Shown: piece by piece, positions 1-11,220 of the stretch
How the letters are laid out: each line of letters opens with the position of its first letter
How positions within the stretch are numbered: position 1 is the stretch's first letter
Assembly: GCA_963706955.1 (NCBI GenBank)
Contig: CAVPOC010000003.1
Span: 192,001-256,000, forward strand
Source: an uncultured Verrucomicrobiae bacterium
Lineage (GTDB): Bacteria; Verrucomicrobiota; Verrucomicrobiia; Chthoniobacterales; Terrimicrobiaceae
Direction: 5' to 3'
Length of the DNA stretch: 64,000 bases
Notes under the pieces: model-generated
The model's database searches: none
What the model was told of the DNA's origin: nothing
Seen by the model: only the letters and a program-made list of their open reading frames with translations
Made by a program: the position numbers and the translations under genes

Positions 1-82
1 GCGTCAGCTCCTTCTCGGCCTTGAGCAGCTCCACGCGGGCCGCCAGCCATTCTTCACGTGTTCCGGTCTTACGGTTAGTCAT
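1..82 (-). CDS. DUF899 (thioredoxin-like) family protein, 5' end only (runs off window)
   Basis: Minus strand reads MTNRKTGTREEWLAARVELLKAEKELT, the typical DUF899 N-terminus; paralogous to the adjacent gene. Confidence 0.8.
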   Translation of the reverse strand, partial: MTNRKTGTREEWLAARVELLKAEKELT

Positions 83-126
83 CGTTTTCCTTCACTTGTT
101 TTGTCACGACCGTTCAAGCGCAGCAC

Positions 127-867
127 TCATTTGACGCGCGCCCTGTATTTGTCGTGATAGCGCACCCAGTCTTGTGGGTTGTCTGGCTTTTCGTCGCGAC
201 CTTTGGCGGTCAGGTCGAGGAAATTGTAGGTGGTATTCATCAGGTCAATCCCGCGCTCGTAGGACGAGTAGGTGTGGTAAATGTCGCTCTTCTTATCGCG
301 GTAAAACGCGCTCACGCCTTCCTTTTCGTCAATGTGGCCTTTATACTTGCCGTAGTTGTAGGGAAGCTCTCCGCTCTTGACCTGCTCCGGCGTGAACGAC
401 ACGTGAAAATCAAAATTGAAATCGGTGTTGAACGAGGACACCCATCGGAACTTCCAACCCATGCGGCTCTTGAACGGCTCGATCTCCGTTAAGGGCGCGC
501 GGGACACGACCGCGAAGGCTGTGTCGCGCTCTCCAATGTGAATGTTCACGCTGTCGAAATGGTCGGCCCAAAAGGAGCAATGCTCGCAACCTTTCTGCCA
601 TCCCGGTCCGAACATGAAGTGATAGATAATGAGTTGGCTCTTGCCGCAGAACAAATCGGCGAACGTCACCTTGCCCGTCGGCCCATCAAAAACGTATTCC
701 TTTTCGACTTTGACCCATGGCAGCTGGCGACGTTGAAGGTTTAGGTCGTCCCGCAATTTTGAGAACTGCTTCTCTTTCCCCAGAAATTTCTTGCGAGCGA
801 CAAGCCATTCTTTTCGCGAAACCACCTTACGGCTTTCAATTCCCCGGATCGTCTCGATTCCTGGCAT
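127..867 (-). CDS. DUF899 (thioredoxin-like) family protein
   Basis: VVSRKEWLVARK..LPWVKVEKEYVF..QLIIYHFMFGP..CEHCS..WVRYHD motifs. Confidence 0.9.
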   Translation of the reverse strand: MPGIETIRGIESRKVVSRKEWLVARKKFLGKEKQFSKLRDDLNLQRRQLPWVKVEKEYVFDGPTGKVTFADLFCGKSQLIIYHFMFGPGWQKGCEHCSFWADHFDSVNIHIGERDTAFAVVSRAPLTEIEPFKSRMGWKFRWVSSFNTDFNFDFHVSFTPEQVKSGELPYNYGKYKGHIDEKEGVSAFYRDKKSDIYHTYSSYERGIDLMNTTYNFLDLTAKGRDEKPDNPQDWVRYHDKYRARVK

Positions 868-932
868 AATGTTCTTCCTTTGTTGCTAAGCGGTTGACTC
901 GGGCGAGTTCATTCACCTGATCGTCATACCTT

Positions 933-1385
933 CTAAGCTGCGACCGGATCTGCCGAAGGTGCAGGCGGTGGATAGTTTTCAAACTTCGGCAAAGCGGGAT
1001 CCATTTGGTCCCACGGGTGCGCGTCTGATGTCCACACATTCACTTGCGGGTTAAACCAGCTCGGATCATCCAAGCTTGCCGTTCTGATCGCGACCAGGTG
1101 CGGGATCGCGTCGGGCTTGATCAGAATCGGCGAGCCGCAGTCAGGGCAAAAGCCGCGATGGGTCTGGCCACCCATCTGACTGGGAGAAGCATGGAAGCGT
1201 AATGAGCCTTGCAAAAGCTTAAAAGCTTCCTTCGCTACAACCAGGAAAGAGGAAAACGGACCTCCGCTGGATCGCTGGCAATCTCGACAGTGACAGTGAA
1301 GCATCACAATTGGCTCCGCCGTGGATTCGTAGCGAATCGAGCCGCAGGCGCATCCGCCTGAGAAGGGTGTGGTTATGTTGGTCAT
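933..1385 (-). CDS. GFA/CENP-V family Zn protein (glutathione-dependent formaldehyde-activating-like)
   Basis: GGCACGSIRY..HCHCRDCQR..FCPDCGS cysteine pattern; start set at MTNITTP. Confidence 0.88.
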   Translation of the reverse strand: MTNITTPFSGGCACGSIRYESTAEPIVMLHCHCRDCQRSSGGPFSSFLVVAKEAFKLLQGSLRFHASPSQMGGQTHRGFCPDCGSPILIKPDAIPHLVAIRTASLDDPSWFNPQVNVWTSDAHPWDQMDPALPKFENYPPPAPSADPVAA

Positions 1386-1620
1386 ATGATTTGTGTAGTC
1401 GTTAATGCTGTCATTCGAATGATGTCGCGAATGCTCGACTTCAGGGGAGTTATTTTGCCGGGACGATGGACCGGTTTGACTGCTCTTGTCTCTGGGTTCG
1501 CCACCGATTCTTGTCGCTGCATTCATCGTCGCGTAGCCTGAATCCCGCCGGTGATTGGTCATGAAATAGTCTTAGCACCAGGCATCGAACCGTGAGAGTT
1601 ACAAATATGACGGGATTTCG

Positions 1621-2842
1621 ATGGACTCGCTGATCACTGCCGCGGCGCGGGCGCTGGCGGTAGGTGATCCCCTTGGCGCGCTGAAGCGAATCGCCCTGCG
1701 CGACGACGCGCCGGCCCTCGCTCTTCGAGGCATCGCGATGGCGCAGCTCGGCGATCTCGTTCGAGCAAAGGCGCTCCTGCGAAACGCTGGGCGTGCCTTC
1801 GGTCGAAAACAGCCGGTTGCCTGCGCGAGGTGCCTCGTCGCTCAGGCCGAGATCGCACTTGTCTCGCGTGACTTGGGCTGGCCTGCGAAGACGCTGGAGG
1901 CGGCGCGAACGACGCTCGAAGAGCACGGCGACCGGATAAACGCCGCCCATGCCCGCTATCTCGAGATCCGGCGCCTTCTCCTCTTCGGGCGCATCGACGA
2001 GGCGGAGCGTGCGCTCGCCGTGCTCGACCCTGCCCCCTTCCCTGCCGCGTCAAGAACCGCGCACGAGCTGGTGGTTGCAGGGATTGCGATGCGGCGGCTC
2101 CAGACGAAGGCGGCGCACGCTGCGCTCACTCGGGCGAAACGCGCAGCCCGCCAGGCGGGCATCCCTGCACTCACTGCGGAGGTCGAAAGCGCAAATCGCG
2201 TCTTGAGCACACCCGCTGCGCGTTTGATTGCGGGCGGCGCGGAGCGCTCCGTCCTGCTCGAGGAGGTCGAAGAATTGCTGGCGTCGAAAGCATTCATCGT
2301 GGACGCTTGTCGTCACGTCGTGCGTCACGAGAGCAGGGTGATCTCGCTCGCCAAGGCGGCCGGTGTTGTTCGCGCTGGCACGCGCGCTGAGCGAAGCATG
2401 GCCCGGAGACGTCCCGAGGGACACGCTCATTGCGCGCGCATTCGGATCGAAACTCGCGAATGAATCGCATCGCGCCCGCTTGCGGGTCGAAGTCGGGCGG
2501 CTTCGGACGGTGCTTCGGACCCTCGCTGACGTCCGCGCGACGAGGGAAGGTTTTGTGCTGGTGCCGCGCCGCGCACACGAGGTAGTCGTCCTGGCGTGGC
2601 CGGTTGAAGACGAGCATGCGGGGGTGCTCGCCTTACTCGCCGACGGTGAATCCTGGTCGAGCTCGGCCCTTGCGCTTGCGCTTGGAACAAGCCAGCGCAC
2701 CGTGCAGCGGGCGCTCGACTCGCTAGCGGTCGCAGGCAAGGTGCAGTCGTTTGGTCGCGGGCGAGCGCGTCGTTGGATTACCCCGCCCGTCCCGGGATTC
2801 ACGACGATGTTGTTACTCCCCGCTCCTCTGCCATTTGACTAA
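1621..2842 (+). CDS. Helical-repeat/HTH DNA-binding protein, split by one frameshift near 2355
   Basis: ORFs 1621-2463 and 2363-2842 join; C-terminal HTH-like SWSSSALALALGTSQRTVQRAL; usual partner of DUF899 clusters. Confidence 0.75.
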
Positions 2843-2851
2843 GATGAAGCT

Positions 2852-3539
2852 ATGAATCAATCAATCGCCGAGATCCTCCGTGAGTATGGACCCTTTTCAG
2901 GTATCCCCAAGGTGCATGGAGTCACCTATGACGGGCAGAACGTCTGGTTTGCTGCCGGAGACACGCTTAACGTCCTCGATCCTGCGAGTGGGAAGATGCT
3001 GCGCTCGATCGATGTGGCCGCGGACGCAGGAACGGCCTTCGACGGCCAGCACCTCTTCCAACTCGCCGAGGATCGCATCCAGAAGGTCGACCCGAAGACC
3101 GGGCGGTGTGCTCGCGACGATCCCCGCGCCACCCGGGGGCTGTAACTCAGGGCTCACCTGGGCCGAAGGGACGCTCTGGGTCGGGCAGTATGAAGACCGG
3201 AAGATCCATCAAGTGGATCCCGAAACAGGCGCGATTCTTCGCACCATCGAGTGCACCCGCTTCGTCACCGGAGTCACCTGGGTCGAGGGAGAGCTCTGGC
3301 ACGGCACCTGGGAAGAGGACAGCAGCGATTTGAGGCGAGTCGATCCCCGAACGGGAGAGGTTCTGGAGAGGCTCGAAATGCCGGCGGGTGTGGGGGTCTC
3401 CGGGCTCGAATCCGATGGAGGCGATCTGTTCTTCTGCGGCGGGGGAAGTAGCGGCAAGTTGAGGGCGGTCCGGCGGCCGAAACGAGGCTCGGCAAGCCGC
3501 AGCGACTCCGAGGTGCCGATCGGCTCCACGAGCAAGTAA
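2852..3539 (+). CDS. Glutamine cyclotransferase-like / PQQ-like beta-propeller protein, frameshift near 3105
   Basis: ORFs 2852-3145 and 2880-3539 join; repeated GxTWxxGxLW and xxVDPxTG blades. Confidence 0.75.
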
Positions 3540-4024
3540 GCAAAGCGGGCCTCGGGAAGTTGGTGCTGGGTCGGCGCGGTGCTGCGAGCAGGCGCTGCAA
3601 TATCCCGCGAACAGGCACCTGGTCGGTCCCTTTGTAGAGGCGGTTGTGCCAACCGCCTGATGACAGGCCCTTGACACAAGGGCCTCCAACCGTCGAACGC
3701 AGGCTTGCGATCACCCGCCCCGGCACTGTATCAGCCCGCCCGGGAGAAGTCTTACAAAGTGAGCGCTACCATCTAAGGTCGCGATAGATTTTTTCTGCTG
3801 GAAAACTTCCCTGCTCGCAGATTTGCAGCGCCCGCCCCAAAAAAAGTCCAGCATTCGAGAGTGATTGGACTTTACGGTTGACTTCGCGGATTCCAGTAAC
3901 GTAGTCATTTGGGTGGATTCGAGTTTTCCCCGTTGCTCGAGTATGTCGCAATGACAGCTCAACCTCTCTCCACTTACAGCCTGAGGACGAATCGAAACTC
4001 CGGCTTAAACTTAGAGCATTCGAA

Positions 4025-4952
4025 ATGAAACGCTTATTCCCAGCATTCGCAATTGTCCTCGTAACTTGCGGCCATCGTGATGACCTCTGCGATGGCTCAA
4101 AACATTGGAGTTTCGTTAGCCTACTCCGATGACCTTTTCCTAACGACTCTCCGCGAGGCTATGGAGAAAAGGGCAAAGGAGCTGGGAGTAAAGATTCAGT
4201 TCGAGCACGCGCAGGGCGATATTGGCAAGCAGCTAAATCAGATCCAAAACTTTGTCGCCCAGAAGATGAACGCTATCATCGTCAACCCTGTCGATACCAC
4301 GGCCACCCCGAATATGACGAAACTCGCGACCGATGCCGGTATTCCTCTGGTCTACGTGAACCTCAAACCTGCTGAGGAGACCCTCCCCAAAGGAGTGGCT
4401 TACGTTGGCTCAGACGAGAACGTATCGGGCAAGCTGCAGGGCGAGGAGATCGCTCGACTTTTGAATAACAAGGGCAACGTCGTCATCCTGGTGGGCGAAC
4501 TTGCGACTCAGGCTGCCCTGCTACGGACCGAAGGCGTAGAGAAAGTCGTCGCTAAGCATCCGGAAATAAAGATCGTGGGGAAGCAACCTGCCAATTGGAA
4601 GCGGAATGAGGCCATCGACCTCATGAACAACTTGTTGGTTGCTGGAACGAAGATCGACGCTGTCGCCGCCAACAACGACGAAATGGCAATTGGAGCGATT
4701 CTCGCGCTTCAGCAGGCCGGCAAGGATCCAAAGAAATTGGTCATCGGCGGCATTGACGCAACTAAGGACGCGCTCCGTGAGATGGAGCGGGGCAACTTAG
4801 CTGTGACCGTCTTCCAGGATCCAAAGGCCCAGGGAATCGGCGCAGTGGAAACCGCCGTCAAGCTCACCAAGGGCGAAAAGGTCGAATCCTTCGTCTGGAT
4901 CCCGTTCCAGTTGGTCACCAAGGATAATTACAAGGAATTCCTTTCGAAGTAG
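4025..4952 (+). CDS. Sugar ABC transporter substrate-binding protein (RbsB/inositol-rhizopine-binding type); frameshift in signal peptide near 4060
   Basis: MKRLFPAFAIVLV at 4025 continues into AAIVMTSAMAQ; AIIVNPVD, YVGSDE, ANNDEMAIGA, TVFQD motifs. Confidence 0.88.
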
Positions 4953-4988
4953 TCCGCCGCCGAAAGTAACCCCCTGCAGGAGGCTTTT

Positions 4989-5822
4989 ATGAGATTTTCC
5001 ATTTGTGCTTGGACATTCGGCAATGCGCCGATCGACAAAGTATTCGAGCTCGTTTCGTCGGCCGGCTACACATCCATCGACCTGACAGCTGTCGTTGACT
5101 CTTGTGATTGGCCTGAAGCAGTTCGACTGGGCGAGAGGTTCTCGCTTGAAATCAGCGGCCTGACCTGTGACAGCGGTTGGCCGGCAGAAGATCATGACTT
5201 AGCAAACAAGAACGCCCTCAATAGGCAGAAGGCCGTTGACTATTTTAGACGGCAAATTGAATGCGTAAAAGTCGTGGGAGGCGATTACTTGATCGTTGTT
5301 CCTTCTGCCGTCGGGAAGTTCCGCTCCATGGGACGCGATACGAGCGAGGACTGGAAATGGGGAGTCGAGTCGGTCTGCAATCTTACTGAAACAGCCGCCA
5401 ACAATCAGGTCACATTGGTGATCGAGCCGCTCAATCGCTATGAAAGCTGCATCGTCAACACTGCCGAAGATGTGTCGCGATTCGTCAAGGAGGTAAATCA
5501 TCCGAACGTGAAAGCCTTGTTGGACACATATCATATGAATATCGAAGAAGCTGATATCGAGCAGGCCTTTCTCAGCGTGCAGGATTGCTTGGAAGTTGTC
5601 CATTTTGCAGATAGTAATCGACGCGGTCTCGGCCGGGGCCATATCGATTTCCGGCCGATTGTCTCCGGGATGAAGGCCATCGGCTTTGACAAGACGATCG
5701 TCCTCGAATCTACCGCGCCAGGACCCGATCCGTTCAAGGCCGATAAGGGCGATACGACCGCGCAAACTATGGCCACCTATGCCCAGGAATCGCTCGCTAA
5801 GCTGAAAGAGTGGTTTGCGTAA
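4989..5822 (+). CDS. Sugar phosphate isomerase/epimerase (xylose-isomerase-like TIM barrel, ketose 3-epimerase/IolO-like)
   Basis: IEPLNRYE, LDTYHMNIEE, VHFADSNR..G.GHIDF metal-binding motifs. Confidence 0.88.
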   Translation: MRFSICAWTFGNAPIDKVFELVSSAGYTSIDLTAVVDSCDWPEAVRLGERFSLEISGLTCDSGWPAEDHDLANKNALNRQKAVDYFRRQIECVKVVGGDYLIVVPSAVGKFRSMGRDTSEDWKWGVESVCNLTETAANNQVTLVIEPLNRYESCIVNTAEDVSRFVKEVNHPNVKALLDTYHMNIEEADIEQAFLSVQDCLEVVHFADSNRRGLGRGHIDFRPIVSGMKAIGFDKTIVLESTAPGPDPFKADKGDTTAQTMATYAQESLAKLKEWFA

Positions 5823-5893
5823 AGCACCAGACGCATCTCCCGCGACATTGACATCTTAGAGTCGCTAAAAATCAAATAGAAAGAACCAAGGAA

Positions 5894-6887
5894 GTGTCGA
5901 AAGTAAAAGTTGGTATTTTGGGGGCCGGCTTTATTGCCAAGGTACATATCGGGAACTTGAAGAATGATGAAAGGGTGGAAATCGCTGGCGTGGTCGACTT
6001 GTATTTGGATAAAGCTAAGACGCTGGCCAAGGAAGCCGGACCTCAAGCAAATGCTTTCACTTCGTTGGACGAGCTCTTCACAAGTAAGGTAGATGCGGTC
6101 TACGTGACAACGCCTAATACATTACATGTTGGCCCGGTTCTCAAATGCCTGGAAAACAATGTGAACGTGTTCTGCGAAAAGCCAATGGCTACTTCGTTGC
6201 GGGAGGCAGAGCAAATCAGAGATGCGTCCGCAAAGTCCAAAGGGATCTATAACCTCGGAATGAATATGAGGTATGGTTACGTCTTCAAGAGAGTCAAGCA
6301 GCTGATCGACTCCGGAGAGGTGAAGCCTTATATGGTCAACGTAAAGCTCAATCGCGGTGAGCTCCTCAACCCGCCGTGGACGGCGGACCCTAAAGTGACC
6401 GGAGGGTTCCTCTATGAAACGCCGATTCATTTGTTCGATATATGCCGATACCTTTTTGGGGAAGTCGCGACCCTGAAGTGCGAAGCGCGACAGAGCATTT
6501 CACAGTCTGAATTCGATGACTTCGCCGTCCTGCTTACATTTGAATCCGGGACGATTGGGACATTTGTTACCTCCGCTCATGCCGGATGGAGTTATCCTTT
6601 TCAGAGGCTGGAGATTTATGGCGAGTTACTCCACCGTTGCAGTCGAAGATATGGAGAAAGTAATCTATGCCCCGGGCCTGAAGCGGGGAACGGAGGAAAA
6701 CGATTTTAAGCAAGTTCCCTTCGAGGAGAAATGGGGATATATCGAAGAAGACCGTCTGTTTGTTGATGCAATTCTCAACGGGAGCAAACCTCCCGTGACG
6801 GCAGATGACGGATATCTCTTGAGCAGGTTATTGGATGGGATTTATGAGAGCGCCAAGACAGGCAACCAATTGGATTTTCGTAAATGA
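5894..6887 (+). CDS. Gfo/Idh/MocA family oxidoreductase, frameshift near 6620
   Basis: VGILGAGFIA Rossmann motif, CEKP, joined with ORF 6516-6887 (EEDRLFVDAI..PVTADDG). Confidence 0.88.
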
Positions 6888-7359
6888 CGCCGGCCAGCGA
6901 TTGGCCTCGAGCAAACCTGGAACGCACAGCGATAAAAATAAGGGCCGTCCAAAGCCCGAGGAAGCCGCTGCGCAACGATCAGCGGTAGATAGTGGGGCGT
7001 TCAAGCAAACGGCGGACCCTGTCGCCGCCCAGATTGCCATAAGCGCTCGCTCGACGAACCCGGGGTAAGCTCTCCGAGCGAAAATTCTGCGAGACGCCTC
7101 GCTCTCGCATGAGCGCCATCAACGTGCTCCGTGTGCATCGCGGCGAGCGCTTCCCAGATCGAGTGTAAATAATGGGGGAAGTTTGCTCTCTAGCCTTTGG
7201 CTGTCCATGCCCAAGACCACTAGAACATTCGCCGCCGAACATTTTCTAGCGGATTTGAGATTAGAAATCGGGAATGGCCAAGATGAGTAACGCGATCCAA
7301 AAGAGGGCTCAATCAGCTAAGGGTGGTTTTCTCAATATTGTTTCGACCTTGCTCCGCAA

Positions 7360-8604
7360 GTGGGGGAACCTGCCCGGCGTTATCAAACCAAGGTTCTAGA
7401 AATGGTTCGTCCCGGTCTTCTCACGCTCCTTTGCTACGGCGCGATGATGAGTTTAGCCATCGGCGTGAATCTCCTGCCGGTTTTCCTGACCAGTTTGAGC
7501 CTGACGTTCGGAGGTCAGGATGGCTTGAGTCAGGAACAGCTGGGCCGGCTTGGTGCGATCAGCTTTATCGGCCTTGTGCTGGGAATCCTCATCGCCGGCC
7601 CCGCTTCAGACCGATGGGGCGCGAAAGGCTTTGCTATAGGAGGGAACGGTATCATGGTCGTCAGCCTGATCGGCATGTCCCTGGCGCCCGATTACGGCAC
7701 CCTGGGACTGGCGGTATTCTGGCTGGGATTCGGAGCCGGCATCCTCGACATGATTCTCAGCCCGGTGGTCGCGGTGCTCAATCCGAATCGGAGATCGGCT
7801 GCGATGAACTGGTTGCACTCCTTCTACTGCGTTGGTGCCGTCGTCACGATTCTCGCGAGCACCGTCGCGCTGCAGATCGGCTTAAGCTGGCGGCATGCTT
7901 GTTTCCTGCTCTTGCCCCTTCCGCTGTTGCTGGTGACGGCATTCGCTCTGCTTCGCTTTCCGGCACTCGTGGCCGACTCCGAAACAGGAGGAAGAACCCC
8001 ACTGCGACAGTTACTCCGGGGACGATGGTTCTGGGGGGCATTGGCTGCCATCTTTCTTGGTGGCGCAACCGAACTGGGAATGGCTCAGTGGCTACCGGCC
8101 TATGCCGAAACTACCCTGGGGTATCCCCAGTGGGTCGGTGGGATGGCGTTACTTTTGTTCTCGGTTGCCATGGCAGTGGGGCGGATGATCGTCGGAGCAA
8201 TCGGCGGAAGGATTGATCCTTTCGTGATAATGGCATGGTGCTGCGGGTCGTCGGCTGTTCTCTTTCTCCTGGGCTCATTTCTGCCAGTTTCCAGTCTAGC
8301 TTTGGCTGCCTGTATCGCCGTCGGTTTTACGGGGAGCGCGCTCTGGCCCACGTTACTCGGCGTGACGGCAGATCGTTATTCATCCGGTGGTGGAAGCATG
8401 TTTGCGGCGTTGGCTGCCTTGGGCAATGCCGGTGGAATCTTAATGCCATGGGTGGTTGGATGGATCGGCGACCTGTCCAGCCTGCGCTGGGGACTGGCTG
8501 TTTCGGCGTTCGCGCCACTTCTCATGCTGCCGCTGGTGCTCGTGCTCAAGTTTAGAAGCGTCGACCGAACTATCGAAAGCAAGAGCGCTATAGCGATGGA
8601 GTAA
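7360..8604 (+). CDS. MFS transporter (FucP-like sugar permease)
   Basis: About 12 hydrophobic segments, GPASDRWGAK MFS motif A, MNWLHSFYCVG. Confidence 0.88.
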   Translation: MGEPARRYQTKVLEMVRPGLLTLLCYGAMMSLAIGVNLLPVFLTSLSLTFGGQDGLSQEQLGRLGAISFIGLVLGILIAGPASDRWGAKGFAIGGNGIMVVSLIGMSLAPDYGTLGLAVFWLGFGAGILDMILSPVVAVLNPNRRSAAMNWLHSFYCVGAVVTILASTVALQIGLSWRHACFLLLPLPLLLVTAFALLRFPALVADSETGGRTPLRQLLRGRWFWGALAAIFLGGATELGMAQWLPAYAETTLGYPQWVGGMALLLFSVAMAVGRMIVGAIGGRIDPFVIMAWCCGSSAVLFLLGSFLPVSSLALAACIAVGFTGSALWPTLLGVTADRYSSGGGSMFAALAALGNAGGILMPWVVGWIGDLSSLRWGLAVSAFAPLLMLPLVLVLKFRSVDRTIESKSAIAME

Positions 8605-8839
8605 GGCGCACTCGCAGACTGAAAGCGCGCCGCCATTCCCCATGGCGGCCGCTGCGCAGGAGAAATCCTCGAGAGAGACTTCTGAAAAGGTGGGCGGAGC
8701 ATTTGTGGGGGGCGCTATGATTGCTGTTAAGGGCCGATCAGGAGTTCGAGGCTCCATGAGTCGCCCGGCTTTCCCGCCCAATCTTTGCGAGTGCGCCGGC
8801 AAATCTTCTGGTGAGCACACCAAAAAGCGGGAGTTCCGG

Positions 8840-8888
8840 GGGAGCACACCCTTCCCCGGGTGTAATGCCCGGCGTCCGCGCCGGGCAC
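8840..8888. repeat. REP-like GC-rich palindromic element (GGAGCAC..CGGCGTC..GCCG)
   Basis: Resembles the element at 62053-62134; hairpin gcccggcg/cgccgggc; intergenic between convergent genes. Confidence 0.45.
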
Positions 8889-9139
8889 AAGCGTCGGTTG
8901 GCTCAAGGCAGACGGAGGGTGCTCGGCCATTGTGCTCGCCAAAACTAGTGTGACCAAGGTCACGAACCTCGTCACAAAGGGTTGTCCGTTTGTCCGGCGT
9001 GGACGCCAGACAATCACACCCGGGATTCGCCTAGGCGAATGCTCCCCAGAACCTGACGCAGACGGCTGCGTCGATCGCAGCGCGTCGGCGAGGCACGGGC
9101 ATATCCGGCTCTGGGTCGGCTGAGCGTTTAGTCAGGCTG

Positions 9140-10207
9140 TCAGAGGCCTTGCTTGATCAGGCCATCGACCGTGTCCTTGTTGACGATCATGATCTTCTCG
9201 ACCCTGATCTGCTTATCGTCGACGTCGACCACCGCCTTGCCGAGTCCGGGGATCTCGACGCCGCTAACAATCGGCGTCCCGTCCAGCACCAACTTCGCGA
9301 CCGCCACCATGGCGTAGCCGGCATCGGACGGGTTCCACAAATAGCCTTCGCGGATGGTGCCATCCATGATCAGCGGCTTGGCCTGCGACGGCACCACCGT
9401 CCCGATCACGGCGATCTTTTTAGCAAGGCCTTTCTCGCGAACCGCATTGCCAGCGCCGATCGGGCCGTTGGAGCCGAAGGCTAAAAGGCCTTTCAGGTTG
9501 GGGTAGGTCTTGATCACGTCGAGCGCCGTTTTGTGCGCGGTGTCGATCTCGTCGGCGCCGGGGAAACGGTCGGCGACGAGCTTCATCTTGGGATAGTTTG
9601 CCTTTTGGTAGGCGATCGCCGCATCGGCCCAGATGTTGTGGAGAGGCGTGGTCAGCGAGCCGACAAAGACGGCGTATTCCCCCTCCTCGCCCATTTCTTT
9701 GGCGAGCTTCTGCATCTGAACCTGGCCGAACGCCACGGAATCGATGAGCTCGACGTTCCAAGTGCGGCCTTCCTGCTCGGGTCCTTCATGTGTGATCACG
9801 GCGATACCGGCCTGCTGCGCGCGCTTCAGCACCGGCTCGGCCATCTTTACGTCGATCGGGACCAGGCCGATCACGTCAACCTTCTGAGCAACCAGGTCTT
9901 CTAAGAGCTTGACCTGCTGGGCAGCATCAAGATGGGGCGGACCAACTACGGAGGCGTCGATGCCGAAATCCGTGCCGGCTTTCTTCAAGCCGTTCTCCAG
10001 CGCATTGAACCAGGGAATGCCGGCAATCTTGACTACCGTCACCATCTTCTTCTGGTCCTCCGCAAAGGAGAGGCTGGAGAATCCCACGAGAGTGGCGGTG
10101 GCAACGGCAGCGCCTCCGAAGAGCTTCAACATTTCGCGTCTCTGCACGCCTTGAAGATGCACGATAGAGGCAGAAAGCCAATCAATCTCGGCCAGAGCCT
10201 CTGCCAT
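9140..10207 (-). CDS. LsrB/rhamnose-type sugar or autoinducer-2 ABC substrate-binding protein with Tat-like leader
   Basis: QRREMLK..AxA leader; VVKIAGIPWF, QQVKLLEDL, LWNPSDAG motifs. Confidence 0.85.
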   Translation of the reverse strand: MAEALAEIDWLSASIVHLQGVQRREMLKLFGGAAVATATLVGFSSLSFAEDQKKMVTVVKIAGIPWFNALENGLKKAGTDFGIDASVVGPPHLDAAQQVKLLEDLVAQKVDVIGLVPIDVKMAEPVLKRAQQAGIAVITHEGPEQEGRTWNVELIDSVAFGQVQMQKLAKEMGEEGEYAVFVGSLTTPLHNIWADAAIAYQKANYPKMKLVADRFPGADEIDTAHKTALDVIKTYPNLKGLLAFGSNGPIGAGNAVREKGLAKKIAVIGTVVPSQAKPLIMDGTIREGYLWNPSDAGYAMVAVAKLVLDGTPIVSGVEIPGLGKAVVDVDDKQIRVEKIMIVNKDTVDGLIKQGL

Positions 10208-10257
10208 AGTTCAAGAGTTGGGTTTAAGCTTAAGAAATAGAGGGACGCGTGTTTACC

Positions 10258-10318
10258 GCAAGAATACGACAGGCATCGCAAGATCCCGCGAGCAGCGAAT
10301 CGCTCGATGAACGATGGT
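10258..10318 (+). promoter_or_regulatory. Tandem AraC-type box 1 (class B) plus -10 GATGGT
   Basis: GCAAGAAT-N12-GCAAGATC-N27-GATGGT; one of nine copies. Confidence 0.7.
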
Positions 10319-10331
10319 CTCCTGGAAACCT

Positions 10332-10536
10332 ATGTCAGAAAAGTTTACAAATCTCGTTCATTCCTCACGAGAGGGTCAGAAATGCGAACCAGGTGCCAAC
10401 ACCAATACGGGTTCGCCGCGAAGGCAGTGGCCCGGGCAGGCTAGTCAAGGAGCGTGCCCCAGGGAATCGGATTTCGGTCGTCTTTACAGTTGGTGGGCCG
10501 CTGGTTTACCAGCCTCAGCGCGTCCGCGTCGCCTAA
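10332..10536 (+). CDS. Small protein of the VFTVGGPLVY family (frameshifted copy)
   Basis: MSEKFTNLVH start and RISVVFTVGGPLVYQPQRVRVA end match ORF 30692-30898; 2 nt shorter. Confidence 0.55.
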
Positions 10537-11220
10537 CCAGTAGCAACCATTTCGCCAAAATCCGCGTGCTGCATTGCGTCGCTGGAGCAAGCGCTAGTGC
10601 GGTTATTTTAATATTTTGATGCTCGTGGGTAAGCGCTTGCAGAGGAAAGTCAGATTCACTTCAGATGACTTGTTTGCTGTTGTCTTTGCATCGCGCCGCT
10701 CGTGAATATGTTAAGACTGGCGCTTCAATGCGGCTGCTCCGGCCGACTCGACCTCTCGCAAGCGCGGCTACGCCTGCGGCGACTGCAACGCCGGTCATGA
10801 AGAAAGTCCCGCGGTGACCTATTGGACAGCCAGCGCAGGAGTAGCCGATTAGATGAATGCCGGTCGCATCATTCGGATCAGCCATCACGCCGCACCCTCA
10901 TTGAGGTTGAGGGTGGCTTCTTTATTCACGCGATCACAATCTGCCGGTTGACCGCCGCCGAGAAATATCTCGGACGCTTATCGCCGCTATATGCCGGTCG
11001 CTCTCGGCTCAGATTACCGTTAACGAATCGAGTCCCTTGATGCTCGCCGGGGCAAGAGTGTAATCTCTGGGTAATTGACACCCGATTTTGCACCTTGAGG
11101 AGGCCCGATTTTCGCACAAGAATCTGGACCTGGTGATTCCGAACACGTTCTCGGCGCGTATCAGATCGCCTGGAGCGATGAAAAGGTGCAGATCTGCGAG
11201 CAGCTCCTCATAGAATCGGT

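Noticed and set aside
2340..2365. Programmed ribosomal frameshifting at the split genes
   Set aside because: No slippery heptamer with a downstream structure noticed, and the frameshifts hit unrelated gene types
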